The position numbers and the translations under genes are program-made. The notes below the pieces were generated by a model, which worked only from the letters and a program-made list of their open reading frames with translations, did not search any database and had not been told where the DNA came from. Of a DNA stretch of 64,000 nucleotides, positions 40,156-49,116 are shown in pieces (the stretch's first letter is position 1; the number at the start of each line of letters is the position of its first letter). The stretch is taken from sequence record NC_129898.1, one strand, 5' to 3'. This DNA comes from a phage.

Positions 40156-40483
40156 AAATAACATTGTGGCTTCGTGCAGTGATGCACGTCGAAAACCTCT
40201 TTAATTGACGGGAAGGCTAAGTTGACTTTTACACCTAAACATGGTAAAAGCTCAATATGCTAATCCGCAGCGAAGCATCCGAGAGGATGAACGTTCAGAG
40301 ACTATCGAAAGCATAGCTCCAACACAGTTTGGGGTGAAGAAGCGAGTAGAGTAGGCCAGCAAGTGCGGTCGAAATGAGAGGTGCCTTGGTAACAAGGCAG
40401 TGAGATAGTCCGATCCATACGGGAAACTGTATGGCTATGCACGTAATGGTGCGGGGTAGCTTAACGACCTACCTGAACTATTG
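40156..40483 (+). ncRNA. group I self-splicing intron in the DNA polymerase gene, no internal ORF
   Basis: Conserved core elements P (aattgacgggaagg 40203), Q (aatccgcagc 40262), R (gttcagagactatc 40303), S (gagatagtccg 40402); 5' exon ends in U, intron ends in G; guide-like gtgg at 40167 pairs with exon end ccau. Confidence 0.7.
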
Positions 40484-40837
40484 GATGAGTACCAACTTCA
40501 AGTCCCTGACACACCTAAGTATAAAACTGTATACACCTTCGACACAATTGAAGAGCTGGAAACATTTAAGTCCCAGCAGGAGGCTAAACTTCATGTGTTC
40601 GACGGTCATAAGTACAAAAAGGCACGCAAGGATGAAGAAGGAAACGAAGTAGTTGACAGTGATGGAAATACGGTATACGATCCTATCTTGAACGATGACG
40701 GAAAGCTTGAACTTATCTGGAGCCCTGTGGGCGAAATGGTGGTACATTGCTTCTGGCAAGCTTCTAAAATGATGGGCGTTCCGTTCCAGATCACAGGTGA
40801 ATACTTGTGTGGACGTAACTGGGGCGATTGTCACTAA
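40484..40837 (+). CDS. family A DNA polymerase, exon 2 (motif C and C-terminus)
   Basis: Joining to exon 1 gives IIYYHDEYQLQV (motif C HDE); C-terminus GRNWGDCH matches the NWxxxH end of Pol I-type enzymes; frame open from 40460. Confidence 0.7.
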   Translation, partial: DEYQLQVPDTPKYKTVYTFDTIEELETFKSQQEAKLHVFDGHKYKKARKDEEGNEVVDSDGNTVYDPILNDDGKLELIWSPVGEMVVHCFWQASKMMGVPFQITGEYLCGRNWGDCH

Positions 40838-40886
40838 TGTAAACTATCAACACACGGAAGTGTTGTTAGACAGAGAGGAGACTTTT

Positions 40887-41171
40887 ATGGTAGTAGAACC
40901 GACAAAAACATTCACCTCCATGACTATTCCTGTTATTATGCAGGTAGAGTGCGTTCAGGTGTCCCAAGTGTGGCCAGGTACTAAAATTCCAACAGGGCCT
41001 GATTTCTTCCAGGTTGGAAAGGTGTACAATGTATGGAAGGCACCGGATTGTTACCCTTTCATTAAAGATGACCGTGGAATGTTATGGTATCTAGGAAATG
41101 ATTTGACACTGCATCTTGGAAATGCTATTATTGCAGTGTTCCGGCTCAACAAGAAGGAGACAGATCAATGA
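40887..41171 (+). CDS. small protein, paralog family member 1
   Basis: ATG 40887 after RBS GAGGAG; shares pattern FxxGxxY...KDDxGxxW with the next two ORFs. Confidence 0.5.
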   Translation: MVVEPTKTFTSMTIPVIMQVECVQVSQVWPGTKIPTGPDFFQVGKVYNVWKAPDCYPFIKDDRGMLWYLGNDLTLHLGNAIIAVFRLNKKETDQ

Positions 41172-41395
41172 CAACTTTGGTTAAAGCTACGTTTGTAGAA
41201 GAAAAGATGACAGGCTTGTCATTCTTTAAAGAAGGAAAGACCTACAAGGTTTATTACGATAAGGATCGCGGAAACAATATGATCGAAGACGAGGAAGGTA
41301 TTTCCTGGTATATCTCTCACCTGGCAAATGGTGAGTATCATATCTATGGAACCACCCTACTTGCCAAGTTTGTAGCTGTTGAAGAGGATCTATGA
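41168..41395 (+). CDS. small protein, paralog family member 2
   Basis: 75 aa; FKEGKTYKVY...IEDEEGISWYI. Confidence 0.5.
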   Translation: MTTLVKATFVEEKMTGLSFFKEGKTYKVYYDKDRGNNMIEDEEGISWYISHLANGEYHIYGTTLLAKFVAVEEDL

Positions 41396-41586
41396 AAGTA
41401 AAGTATCTGGCTGAAGGTATGAGTAGGTATTTTACCCTTGGAGAAGAGTATTGGCCCTTTACGGAAAATGGAGATGTATACGTGAAGGATGACCAAGGTG
41501 TGCCGTGGTTTCTGCACCATAATGGGTTGGGGTATTCCATCTACTGCGGTGCAGTGAACAACACAACCCTTGCAGAGTTTGTCTAG
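41392..41586 (+). CDS. small protein, paralog family member 3
   Basis: 64 aa; FTLGEEYWPF...VKDDQGVPWFL. Confidence 0.5.
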   Translation: MKVKYLAEGMSRYFTLGEEYWPFTENGDVYVKDDQGVPWFLHHNGLGYSIYCGAVNNTTLAEFV

Positions 41587-41596
41587 AGGAGGCAGA

Positions 41597-41968
41597 ATGT
41601 TAGTAAAAGGTACCCACACAGTCAAGCAACGTATTGAAGTTGAGATCGATGATTGTGAGCTGAAGCATATTTTACGGTCATGCTCCAACGTTTTGCTCCT
41701 TAGTATTCTCCAGGAGCGAGCGGAGAGCGAGTTCCTAAATGCACTAGCAGGCCGTCCTGGGGACTTCTGTGTGCGTAAGCGTGAAGATCATAAGTCATGG
41801 TTGTGGGAAATCGATGCCGACTGGGATTACCACAAAAATGAGGGCATAGATGAGCCTATTCGTGAATTGACAGATAAAGAGATTCAGATGTACAATGAAG
41901 TTTGTCATTGGGCAAAACGCCAACAAATTTACCTCGACCCTGTGTGGATGATTGAAAATAGCCATTGA
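41597..41968 (+). CDS. hypothetical protein
   Basis: ATG 41597 after RBS GAGGAGG (track begins at 41570). Confidence 0.5.
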   Translation: MLVKGTHTVKQRIEVEIDDCELKHILRSCSNVLLLSILQERAESEFLNALAGRPGDFCVRKREDHKSWLWEIDADWDYHKNEGIDEPIRELTDKEIQMYNEVCHWAKRQQIYLDPVWMIENSH

Positions 41969-42044
41969 CAAGAAGTAAGATTGGATATAAGATGCTTCAC
42001 ACAAACAGAGAGTTGATTTTTAAATAATTGAGGAGACTGCTAAG

Positions 42045-42299
42045 ATGCAAATCACTTTGAAGCCAGAATGCGTTGCAAATGACCGAGCTTTTAAAGATTG
42101 CACAATCGGTGCAATTTATGAAGCAGAGTTTTGTGAGAACCCTCTGGTAAAAGCTCTTCTGGAAGAAGGGACCTATTTATCACAAGAAGAACTTGATGAG
42201 TTGGAAAACTCAGCCCAGTGCCTTACCTTTAAAGATGATGAAGGAGATTCTGTCTGGTGCACCGTTAACGAAGTAGTTTTTGTAAAACCTGAGCATTAA
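42045..42299 (+). CDS. small protein, paralog family member 4
   Basis: 84 aa; DRAFKDCT...KDDEGDSVWCT shared with the ORF at 42363. Confidence 0.5.
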   Translation: MQITLKPECVANDRAFKDCTIGAIYEAEFCENPLVKALLEEGTYLSQEELDELENSAQCLTFKDDEGDSVWCTVNEVVFVKPEH

Positions 42300-42362
42300 T
42301 ACTTGACAACAGCGATAGGGCCTAATATAATGGTCCTATCAAAACGAAAGGAGACCACAACA

Positions 42363-42635
42363 ATGACCAAACAGTATCAACGAATTAAAGCCAAGGTTAA
42401 GCCAGACTACTTGGAGAAGGACTCTGCTTTTCGAGACTGCACCGCAGACAAAGTTTACACAGGTGCCGTTCTGTTAAACGACGAATTTGAAGTGGATGTG
42501 CTGGGTAAAGAGGCTACTATCAAGGACGACCAGGGAGATTATGTTTGTTGCACCACCAGAGAGCTGGAGGTATTAGAATACTTCGGTGAAATCTTCACCT
42601 CTCTTGATGATTACTTAGATGACGAGGAAGAGTGA
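42363..42635 (+). CDS. small protein, paralog family member 5
   Basis: ATG 42363 after RBS AAGGAGA; DSAFRDCT...KDDQGDYVCCT; acidic C-terminus. Confidence 0.5.
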   Translation: MTKQYQRIKAKVKPDYLEKDSAFRDCTADKVYTGAVLLNDEFEVDVLGKEATIKDDQGDYVCCTTRELEVLEYFGEIFTSLDDYLDDEEE

Positions 42636-43036
42636 TGAAAAACATTTGGGATATTAATATCTTTGAAGCCTCTGAGCTTGACGGTGCCGATGGTGTTATT
42701 ATAGTTTCTGATGGAAAGGTAACATTGACCTCTGGACTGACCTACTATGACACTACCTACGTATTGGGCGATCTTGCCTTGTTGAAATCAACAGGCGACT
42801 CTCTGGAAGAACGTCTGCAAGGATTTGCCTTTAAAGAAGGCACAAACACCACACTGATGTGCACTACACGCACTGTTCAGTTGGGCAACGGGGTATATAT
42901 GGTCATTGCAGTGTGCCCCAAATTCAGCAACATTAATAAAGATGATGCTGACGCTGTCAACGACGTGGTTGTCCTCTTCGTGGGTGACGCTATGGCAGAT
43001 CTGATGAATGCAGGAGAAGCAGCAAATGAAGACTGA
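42632..43036 (+). CDS. hypothetical protein
   Basis: 134-aa ORF with ATGA overlap. Confidence 0.5.
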   Translation: MMKNIWDINIFEASELDGADGVIIVSDGKVTLTSGLTYYDTTYVLGDLALLKSTGDSLEERLQGFAFKEGTNTTLMCTTRTVQLGNGVYMVIAVCPKFSNINKDDADAVNDVVVLFVGDAMADLMNAGEAANED

Positions 43037-43328
43037 AAACATTACACCAGAAGGATTCCTGAAAGTATACCGTGAACTATTGTATACCACAGAGGATAGT
43101 GTTCTAGAGTACCCAGAATATCTTTTGCTGTATAAGTATCTGCAGGAAGCTGGTGAAAATCTTCCAATTAGCGCAGAAGGTGGTCCAAACTGGGTCTACA
43201 GTGCATGGAGAAAGGTTGACATTCTCCCAGATCCCGGTAAAGATATGGTAGTTTGGCAGCTTATCAACAACATCGGGATTCCAATCTTTGATGAAGCTGT
43301 TAAAATCTATTTTGAACTTGACGATTAA
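43026..43328 (+). CDS. hypothetical protein
   Basis: ATG 43026 after RBS AGGAGA (track begins at 43008). Confidence 0.5.
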   Translation: MKTENITPEGFLKVYRELLYTTEDSVLEYPEYLLLYKYLQEAGENLPISAEGGPNWVYSAWRKVDILPDPGKDMVVWQLINNIGIPIFDEAVKIYFELDD

Positions 43329-43344
43329 TATCAGGAGACTTAAG

Positions 43345-43590
43345 ATGGCTGAAGTAGTTGCTCGTGCAGGACAGAAAGTGCGTTGTGTTGAAGTGGGTTT
43401 TGGTGGCAAAGGGTGTCAAAACTTGACTCAAGGTAAGGAATACACTGTTATTTCTGGCGGTGGTGACGAAAGTATTGTGTTCGATGATCATATTCTGGAT
43501 GCTGAAAACTTTGAAATAATTGACGATGATGGTGATCCGATCACCTGCCTGCTGAACGGGAGTTGGGGAACTTTCGAAGTAATTGGCTAA
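43345..43590 (+). CDS. small protein, possible distant member of the paralog family
   Basis: ATG 43345 after RBS AGGAGA; GKEYTVISGGGDESIVFDD pattern. Confidence 0.45.
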   Translation: MAEVVARAGQKVRCVEVGFGGKGCQNLTQGKEYTVISGGGDESIVFDDHILDAENFEIIDDDGDPITCLLNGSWGTFEVIG

Positions 43591-43627
43591 CAAATACCTG
43601 TTGTAATTTACAGAAGGAGATGCTAAA

Positions 43628-44038
43628 ATGGTGTCTCCTTTATGTTGTTCAAATAAAATCGGAGATTCCACAATGGAACAAATGAACGATCAAGCGTCGG
43701 TTGCGATGAACGAGCAAGAACAACCTCAAGACTTTTTCTTAGGGTTAAGCAAAGATCAAGTGTCTCTTCTGTTGGTACTTTCTTCTTTCATGGGGAGACT
43801 TCAGGAGCTTACACAACAACCGGAGGCTGAACAGTTATTTCAGGCCCTGCGTGAAGAAGAAAAATATCGTCGTTTGGATTATGCCTTAGGTTGGGTAGCT
43901 CAACAACGAGATATGCTAATGGCCCTTTCTGGGACAACAAGTTTTGCAATGGGACTGTTGGCTCAAGTCCAGGACAAATTAATTCAGGCAGGGTTTGCAA
44001 ACACAGCGACCACTAACGAAGAACAAGGAGACAAATAA
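43628..44038 (+). CDS. hypothetical protein
   Basis: 136-aa ORF after RBS AGGAGA. Confidence 0.5.
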   Translation: MVSPLCCSNKIGDSTMEQMNDQASVAMNEQEQPQDFFLGLSKDQVSLLLVLSSFMGRLQELTQQPEAEQLFQALREEEKYRRLDYALGWVAQQRDMLMALSGTTSFAMGLLAQVQDKLIQAGFANTATTNEEQGDK

Positions 44039-45309
44039 TGAGCGTTATTCAACAATTCACCAACCCGATGAATCCGCGTGAAACTGTTTTACTGGCTCAC
44101 GGTATGATTAAACGTGTCAGCATCAAGCCTATCAAAGGTGCTGATCCTACAACAGGTATTAAAACCACTGTGTGGCAAGGTAAGAAAATCGAGTCCAGTC
44201 ACACCATCTCTTTACTGATTTCTGAACTGGATTCTTCTGATAACCTACTTCAAGGTGGTGAAGAAGTTTGGATCAGCATGGGTGATAAATTGCTCAAACC
44301 CGGTCATCAAGATTCCGTCTCTGTTAAAATTGATGACAAGTGGGAAACAGTAACGCCAGGATGGATCGTAAATATCCCTTTAAAGGCAAATGAGCATAAC
44401 GGTAAGACCTACTACAAAGGCTCATTGGCTAAAATGGTTAAGCTGGGGGCAGGAGATGCTCCAGCAGCCCCACAGCAACAAAAACAGCAACAAGGCACAC
44501 AATCACAAGGCCAGAAGCAGAAACCTCAGCAGAATGCCAATCAGGACGTTTTACGCATCTATGGTGATGTGACTCAGATTGTTGGTAACGTGGTTACTGT
44601 CAATGACCACAAGATTGGCGAAGGTGCTATGGTTGTCTCCGATGAGCAGCTTAAAGACCTGGTGGTTGGCGGTCGTGTTGCAGCTATTGTTGACAAAGAC
44701 ACCGGGAATATTATCAGCGGCTTCAAGGCCTACCCGCCTAAAGCAGAGAACGGTACACAAGGTTCTGGTGGTAAGCGTAAATCCTCTTACGACCCCATCG
44801 GTGTAGAGACAGGGCACAGTATCAATGCGTTGCAGATCATTCTGGATCGCGGGTTTAAGATTGACAGTCCTTTAGATGTGGCTAAAACACTGCACGTGGT
44901 CACCATCGAGCTTAAGAAAGAGTACGCTCAAGCCACCAACCGAACTGAAGATGAAGTAGGTGCCAGTGTTGGTAATGCGGTATTGAACGCTTGTCGCCGT
45001 ATTGACAAGAAGACGAAAGTTGATGATTTTGCAGTAGCAATTACTGCAGAGGCAAAAGATGTCTTGACTAATCTTGCTGAACCGTTGTATGATTGGATCA
45101 AGAACGGTGCTGGAGCCACTGACCATCAAGAGCCTCAAGCTGCCAAACAGGAAGCCTCCCCACAGCAAAACACTGTAGACGCCCCTCCTGTAGATGATGC
45201 GGAAGATGACCCAATGGATCAGAATCCAGCACAGTATGACTTCTGTGATGACATACCTTTCGCTCCGGTGGGTTTGCAATATGGCAAAAGTAGAATCCAC
45301 GCATTGTAA
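44038..45309 (+). CDS. putative DNA-binding protein with Gln-rich linker and SSB-type acidic tip motif (DDIPF)
   Basis: 423 aa; low-complexity [25 protein letters not shown] linker; DFCDDIPF at 45247-45261 resembles the SSB C-terminal tip but is followed by 15 more codons. Confidence 0.35.
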   Translation: MSVIQQFTNPMNPRETVLLAHGMIKRVSIKPIKGADPTTGIKTTVWQGKKIESSHTISLLISELDSSDNLLQGGEEVWISMGDKLLKPGHQDSVSVKIDDKWETVTPGWIVNIPLKANEHNGKTYYKGSLAKMVKLGAGDAPAAPQQQKQQQGTQSQGQKQKPQQNANQDVLRIYGDVTQIVGNVVTVNDHKIGEGAMVVSDEQLKDLVVGGRVAAIVDKDTGNIISGFKAYPPKAENGTQGSGGKRKSSYDPIGVETGHSINALQIILDRGFKIDSPLDVAKTLHVVTIELKKEYAQATNRTEDEVGASVGNAVLNACRRIDKKTKVDDFAVAITAEAKDVLTNLAEPLYDWIKNGAGATDHQEPQAAKQEASPQQNTVDAPPVDDAEDDPMDQNPAQYDFCDDIPFAPVGLQYGKSRIHAL

Positions 45310-45904
45310 GAGGTGCATCAAGTGCGGAGAGGTGAAAAACCTCTCCGAGTTCTACAAACACCCAAAGATGTCTGACGGTCATCTTAATAAGTGCAAAGAG
45401 TGTTGTAAGAAGGCCAGTAGGGAGGCTGACCAGTTTTCCCACGACTCTTCAGAAAAAGGTGTAATACGCGTGTTGTACAAGGCTCAAAAGTGCAACAGCA
45501 AGCAAAGAGGTCACCCTCCTCCGACTTACACCAAAAAAGAGTTTAAGGAGTGGCTATACCTGAACGGTTACAAAGAGTTGTATGACCAGTGGGTAGCCAG
45601 CGGATACGACAAAAGGAAAAAGCCCTCTTGTGACAGGATAGATGATTTCAAAGGGTACTCTTTTGATAATATCCGTTTAACGACCTGGGGAGAAAATAAA
45701 GACAAGCAGACGGAGGATATTCTGTTGCATAGAAGCACCAGCGGTAGACGGTGTAAAAATGTAAGGAGGTTGGACATGAATGGCAACGTTCTTAAAGAAT
45801 GGGTATCCCACAATTCTTGTAGAAGAGAAACCGGAATATGTGTTGATTACTACATTCATGAAAAAATTCCAGCTCCCGATGGATACCTCTATGAATACTT
45901 TTAG
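45281..45904 (+). CDS. HNH-family homing endonuclease-like protein
   Basis: ATG 45281 (track begins at 45194); N-terminal CxxC...CxxC cluster; motif [25 protein letters not shown]; overlaps the 3' end of the upstream gene. Confidence 0.55.
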   Translation: MAKVESTHCKRCIKCGEVKNLSEFYKHPKMSDGHLNKCKECCKKASREADQFSHDSSEKGVIRVLYKAQKCNSKQRGHPPPTYTKKEFKEWLYLNGYKELYDQWVASGYDKRKKPSCDRIDDFKGYSFDNIRLTTWGENKDKQTEDILLHRSTSGRRCKNVRRLDMNGNVLKEWVSHNSCRRETGICVDYYIHEKIPAPDGYLYEYF

Positions 45905-45914
45905 CACCTAACTG

Positions 45915-45945
45915 ACATAGCCCTGCCCGAAAGGGTGGGGCATTT
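45915..45945 (+). terminator. rho-independent terminator
   Basis: Hairpin gccctgccc-gaaa-gggtggggc plus T-tract; duplicate of the element at 34794. Confidence 0.65.
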
Positions 45946-45966
45946 TTGTATAAGGAGATCTGAAAA

Positions 45967-46383
45967 ATGACATTAGAAGATATCATTGTTAAACCTGAGA
46001 ACTATGACCAATACAATCTATCAACTCAATCTGTGGACCTTGGATGCGCTACGGTCAGTGCGTGGCTGGTTAACGGAAAAGAGCTGGATAAATGCTTAGA
46101 AGCTCACATGACTGTGAACAAGTTCCTTGATGAAAATACTCACTGGCTTGAGGGTGCAGGCGTATATGCTTCATGGTTGGAGAGTATGGGATTCGACTAC
46201 CAATCTGAAGAGGGGTGGTGGAGCTATTTAGCTATCTGTCCAGAGACGCTACAATGCTTCATGAAATATTCTGAAGATTTGGAGTACCGGGCGAGGGTTG
46301 ATAGTGCTATTGCCCGTTATAGCCGTAAACCTTTTTCCCACGACATTAAAACTGTGGAAGAATTTGTTGAAGTTTTCTGTTGA
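45967..46383 (+). CDS. hypothetical protein
   Basis: 138-aa ORF. Confidence 0.5.
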   Translation: MTLEDIIVKPENYDQYNLSTQSVDLGCATVSAWLVNGKELDKCLEAHMTVNKFLDENTHWLEGAGVYASWLESMGFDYQSEEGWWSYLAICPETLQCFMKYSEDLEYRARVDSAIARYSRKPFSHDIKTVEEFVEVFC

Positions 46384-46479
46384 CACAGATTGAAAGGTGT
46401 GCAATTATAACTTCATAGAACGGGAGGACGTGATGAACGAAGAAAACTGGGATGTATAACTAACAGGAGGCCACTGCCC

Positions 46480-46677
46480 ATGATTTATCGAATCCGTGTA
46501 AGAGAAGATGCACCAGGCTGTTACTTTGACTGGCGTGGGTGGTGGTTTCTCCACCCGATGGATGGACTCACAGATAGAATGCTGGATGCTGCCCTTTATA
46601 CAGATACCGACATAGAATATAATCTCTATCTGAAGGACGGTATAGATAACGGTCTATTTGAAGCAATTCCTGTGTAA
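46480..46677 (+). CDS. hypothetical protein
   Basis: 65-aa ORF. Confidence 0.4.
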   Translation: MIYRIRVREDAPGCYFDWRGWWFLHPMDGLTDRMLDAALYTDTDIEYNLYLKDGIDNGLFEAIPV

Positions 46678-46745
46678 GAGGATGTGATAGCCATGTTTTA
46701 TGATCTTCCTATAGCGCCACCACCTGTTGAACACGGAGAACTAAG

Positions 46746-47171
46746 ATGACCTATGAAATGCCAAAACTGATTCGTGATGATGCCCAAAACGCTCACACCA
46801 TTATTATGGGCAAACGCATGGATATTATTTGTCATAAAGATTTCTGGGAAGGAAGTTACTTCACAGAGTATTTTGGTAAACTGGACAATGGTCTGCTGAT
46901 CCAGTTCTACACCGATGCGGAAAACAACATTCACTGGGAGTTCGAAACTGAAGATATCCATAAACTTTTCACCTTCCTCGGTATCAAGGTTGAGGCCAAG
47001 TTTGAAGAAGGTGAGTGCGACGATTGTGGATTCTACGAGGTAACAGATTTCTATCTTCCGAGTGGTGAGAACCTTTACTATGAAAGCCACTTCGGTAACT
47101 CTAATATGCCACAGAGCTGGACTGAGTTTTTTGAAATTGTGGAAGAGGAGCTGGCATATCGTGATTATTGA
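46746..47171 (+). CDS. hypothetical protein
   Basis: 141-aa ORF; stop overlaps the macro-domain gene start. Confidence 0.5.
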   Translation: MTYEMPKLIRDDAQNAHTIIMGKRMDIICHKDFWEGSYFTEYFGKLDNGLLIQFYTDAENNIHWEFETEDIHKLFTFLGIKVEAKFEEGECDDCGFYEVTDFYLPSGENLYYESHFGNSNMPQSWTEFFEIVEEELAYRDY

Positions 47172-47619
47172 TACTGTAGAGGGAGATTTAATCTCCCTTT
47201 TTAAGAGCGGCACTGGTCACCTGATCCACGGTTGTAACTGCTTCCACACAATGGGTAAGGGTGTAGCAAAACAGATTGCCCGTGAGTTCCCTCAAGCATT
47301 GGAAGCTGATAAAACGACTACCTACGGTTGCCTAAGTAAGCTAGGTGCGTTCTCTCGGTGGGAGCACTTATCTCCGAAAGGTATTGTATACGGAATCAAT
47401 CTGTACACTCAGTTCTACCCAGGGCCTAATGCTGAATATTTCTCAATTCTGAAAGGCTTTGAGCGAGTCAATGAGATATTTAAGGGATCGACTTTACCAT
47501 TCTACATCCCTAAGATTGGGTGCGGCATAGGCGGCTTGAAGTGGGGACACGTGGAGGACGTTATTAACCTTGCCACTTTTGATATAGATATTATCGTGGT
47601 GGAGTACAAAGAGTGTTGA
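47161..47619 (+). CDS. macro-domain protein (ADP-ribose binding / ADP-ribosyl hydrolase fold)
   Basis: GTG 47161; EGDLISL...LIHGCNCFHTMGKGVAKQI aligns with macro-domain N-terminal motifs (GD..., AAN...GGGV); IPKIGCGIGGL matches the phosphate-binding loop. Confidence 0.6.
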   Translation: MIIDTVEGDLISLFKSGTGHLIHGCNCFHTMGKGVAKQIAREFPQALEADKTTTYGCLSKLGAFSRWEHLSPKGIVYGINLYTQFYPGPNAEYFSILKGFERVNEIFKGSTLPFYIPKIGCGIGGLKWGHVEDVINLATFDIDIIVVEYKEC

Positions 47620-47673
47620 CAGCAGGATTTTGAGGTGGTATAGTCACCACAACGACTAAGACAGGGGAACACT

Positions 47674-47868
47674 ATGGAGACTAAAATCTTAATTCTAGCT
47701 GTGATAGATACAACAGAAGGAGCCATGTTTGAATCTGCAGGAGGGTATTTCTACCTGCCCTCTGGAAAAAGAACTTCCGAGCCGAGTAAAGATTCAATCC
47801 TTAAAGTGTTCCCGTGTGCTTTCTGGCTGGAGATTCTGATAGAGGATTGCAGAGGATTGGGGAGATAA
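47674..47868 (+). CDS. hypothetical protein
   Basis: 64-aa ORF. Confidence 0.4.
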   Translation: METKILILAVIDTTEGAMFESAGGYFYLPSGKRTSEPSKDSILKVFPCAFWLEILIEDCRGLGR

Positions 47869-47870
47869 TT

Positions 47871-48065
47871 ATGAGAAACAAGAAAGAGCTTTACTCTGGA
47901 GAGTGGATCAACGATCAACAGGTCGGAGAGGTAACCTGCTTCCGGTGCTTTACTCGGTACAATCTTAAAACTGCACCAAAAAGTGTTCCAAAGACTGATG
48001 GTTATTACATAAAAGAACCTCATTGCCCAAAATGCAAATGCCGATTATACTGGAGTAACCTGTAA
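47871..48065 (+). CDS. small zinc-ribbon protein
   Basis: ATG 47871 after RBS GGGGAGA; CxxC...CPKC motifs. Confidence 0.5.
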   Translation: MRNKKELYSGEWINDQQVGEVTCFRCFTRYNLKTAPKSVPKTDGYYIKEPHCPKCKCRLYWSNL

Positions 48066-48128
48066 AAGGTTGACATCTGAAAACTGCAGTATATAATACA
48101 AACATAGACTAGCAGAGAGGAACAAATT

Positions 48129-48320
48129 ATGGTAATTTTTAATCGAGACGGTATCATAGTTAGACAGCACCCATTCCTTGAATACTATCAAATTGAGCAA
48201 TGGTGTTACGGAGATTGCAGTCACTCCTATGGGCAAAGTTGGGGATATCGCACAGTTTTTGAATCAACAGATCTTGATAAAGTAAAACAGAAAGTTTTAG
48301 AACTTCTTAACAACAAGTGA
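48129..48320 (+). CDS. hypothetical protein
   Basis: 63-aa ORF. Confidence 0.4.
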   Translation: MVIFNRDGIIVRQHPFLEYYQIEQWCYGDCSHSYGQSWGYRTVFESTDLDKVKQKVLELLNNK

Positions 48321-48330
48321 GTATTATACT

Positions 48331-48663
48331 ATGGTAACATTAGAAAGACGTAAAGCTATCGCCGCCACACTGGCAGACATCTTTTGGGATTGTAATTTAA
48401 AAGATACCCGATATTGCGGCGCATCTATAGATGTATTATTCCCACGGCCCACCATTGTTGCAATGGGTAGCCTACTGGGCGTAGTTGCAGGTGCATGGGA
48501 TAAGGAAGGCGGTTTCTATATCTGGCAGCCTGACTACGGGACCTGGAAAGAAGTAAGAGGTGCTGAGGACTTTGGACCTGCAGCTGCTAAGATGGATGGC
48601 TGGGAAATTTATGTTGGAAACGACATGAAGCTGAAAGGCGAGATTGTTTACTGGTTACCTTAA
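48331..48663 (+). CDS. hypothetical protein
   Basis: 110-aa ORF. Confidence 0.5.
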   Translation: MVTLERRKAIAATLADIFWDCNLKDTRYCGASIDVLFPRPTIVAMGSLLGVVAGAWDKEGGFYIWQPDYGTWKEVRGAEDFGPAAAKMDGWEIYVGNDMKLKGEIVYWLP

Positions 48664-48683
48664 GAAAGTGCAGGAGATAAAGT

Positions 48684-48929
48684 ATGAACAAAGGGTGGAC
48701 ATTCGTAGACGGCGTTGAAAACATGCCTCTTGGAAAGTATATCGTAGCCATGGCTGACGAGAATGGCAATGTAGATTTCGGAGCTTGCGAGGTTGTTCTT
48801 GCAGGATCTGGTGACTATGTGCACAAAACTGGGGTAATTAATGGTCAGTTCTACTTTGATCACAACCCTGTTGTAGCGTATACGGCTATGCCAGAGTTCA
48901 AGTTCCCAAAGGAGGGTGCCGATGTTTAA
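48684..48929 (+). CDS. hypothetical protein
   Basis: 81-aa ORF after RBS AGGAGA. Confidence 0.45.
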   Translation: MNKGWTFVDGVENMPLGKYIVAMADENGNVDFGACEVVLAGSGDYVHKTGVINGQFYFDHNPVVAYTAMPEFKFPKEGADV

Positions 48930-49116
48930 GCTTAAATCTGCATGGAACATTGCTGTAGGTGATGAGATCCGCATTCCGGGTGGGAAGACCGTTATGAAGA
49001 TATCTCGTATTGAATACGAAGGTGACCGTGTATTCCACATTTTTGCAAAAGATGGTCGAGAAATTTATATACAGGCAGGCTCACACATCTATATTCGTAA
49101 AGGGGATGACAAATGA
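48916..49116 (+). CDS. hypothetical protein
   Basis: 66-aa ORF. Confidence 0.45.
   Translation: MPMFKLKSAWNIAVGDEIRIPGGKTVMKISRIEYEGDRVFHIFAKDGREIYIQAGSHIYIRKGDDK

Noticed and set aside
40431-40652. ORF-track entry (73 aa) spanning the intron-exon 2 boundary
   Set aside because: Starts inside the group I intron core and runs out of frame into polymerase exon 2; explained by the intron and polymerase annotation.
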